A stretch of 64,000 nucleotides of DNA from positions 30,938,001 to 31,002,000 of the forward strand of contig OX597829.1 of assembly GCA_951406725.2 (NCBI GenBank), read 5' to 3'. This DNA comes from Octopus vulgaris. Lineage: Eukaryota. A model generated the notes under the pieces. The model had not been told where the DNA came from. It made no database searches and saw only the letters and a program-made list of their open reading frames with translations. A program made the translations under genes and the position numbers. Positions within the stretch are counted from its first letter, which is position 1. The number at the start of each line of letters is the position of its first letter. Below, one piece after another: positions 62,890 through 64,000 of this stretch.

Positions 62890-64000
62890 AAATGCAATAT
62901 GGCCAGATAGTTATGGAGATGTTATGAAAGTTGTGAAGACAGACCATGAAGTTATTTTTGATAATTTGTCTTCAATATTTTCTAAATTAGTGGGGTTAGC
63001 TTGTCTTATGTTGATCAAAATATGGAAAAACTGTCAACCATACTATCAACATTTCCACCATGTTTCACTCGCTTACGCAGCTTGTCATTTTTGATAATAC
63101 ACATTTCAAAGAATCGTCATCTCTTATTTAGAAAGTTGATCATACACTTACACACACACATACATGCACACATACATACTCACACATGCAATCATGCACA
63201 CACACACATATACATGTACATGTGTACATGTGCAGAAGCACACATACTTTCATAAATTCACACAAGTTTACACATACACACACACACATGCAAACACACA
63301 TGCACGCACACATGTATACATGTATATGTGCCCGTGTGCACAAACACACACCTCTATGTATATACTTACATAAACTCAAACAAATTTACACATAGACAAA
63401 TGAGTATACATAGTGAGAGAGAGAGAGAGAGACTAACACTATATAGTTATATAGTTGTTCAGACTAGCACATGTGTTTACATACACAAATAAACACGCAT
63501 TCATATACATACACACACATATATTCATATACTAGCTTAAAAGCCTGTTGGGTTGCTTTTAAGCTAGTATACAGCTTTTAAGCAGCTGCCCCTGAATGGG
63601 AAGATCTGCAAACAGACCTCTGACTTGTTTTGGAGAATTTGTTGCAATTGCTTCCTCCAGAGTCATATCCCAATGACATCATATTAAACGCAAAAATCAG
63701 GTAAAAAAATTGCCAAAAATAATTGCTAGATTTCACAATTGCTTCTTCCAGAATCATATCCAATGATGATCATATTCATCACAAAAACTCACATTAAAAA
63801 ATCACTGAAAATAATTTCGATTATTCCCAAAATTTATTTCCATGTTATGAAAATTGTTATCGTACAAAAAAATTTGTCACAAAATGTCATATAAAAAATC
63901 CACTGAAAACAATCATAGTAATGAAAACTTGCGAATCCAGATTTTTCAGGATTGTGGGTCTGGATTCAGCCCAGAATTTTTTTAATTTACTCATGGAGTA

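Overview
AT-rich, microsatellite-dense animal genomic DNA, most likely a cephalopod (Octopus-like), inferred from the tRNA-derived SINE families and repeat landscape. I find no supportable host protein-coding gene. Long ORFs are either microsatellite translations or decayed transposon fragments. The fragments include RTE, L1/Tx1 and CR1/Jockey-like LINEs, mariner/Tc1/maT/pogo and hAT DNA transposons, a small Helitron, and a Penelope-like N-terminus. The main signal is a cluster of type-I hammerhead ribozyme (HHR) motifs in several unrelated short non-coding elements. Six clear loci lie at about 13.1, 15.7, 22.05, 23.4, 29.5/30.1 and 41.5 kb. Decayed or variant copies lie at 29.85, 44.4, 56.6 and 58.9 kb. 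Most have palindromic stem III, sit in or beside TA/CA microsatellites, and show Penelope-type partial-tandem or inverted-end structure (retrozyme-like). One element has an empty-site paralog inside the window. Another has inserted, with a 13-bp TSD, into stem-loop II of a different element's ribozyme. A chimeric inverted duplication and several templated or snap-back insertions are also visible. All folding and homology calls were made by eye and coordinates of decayed elements are approximate.
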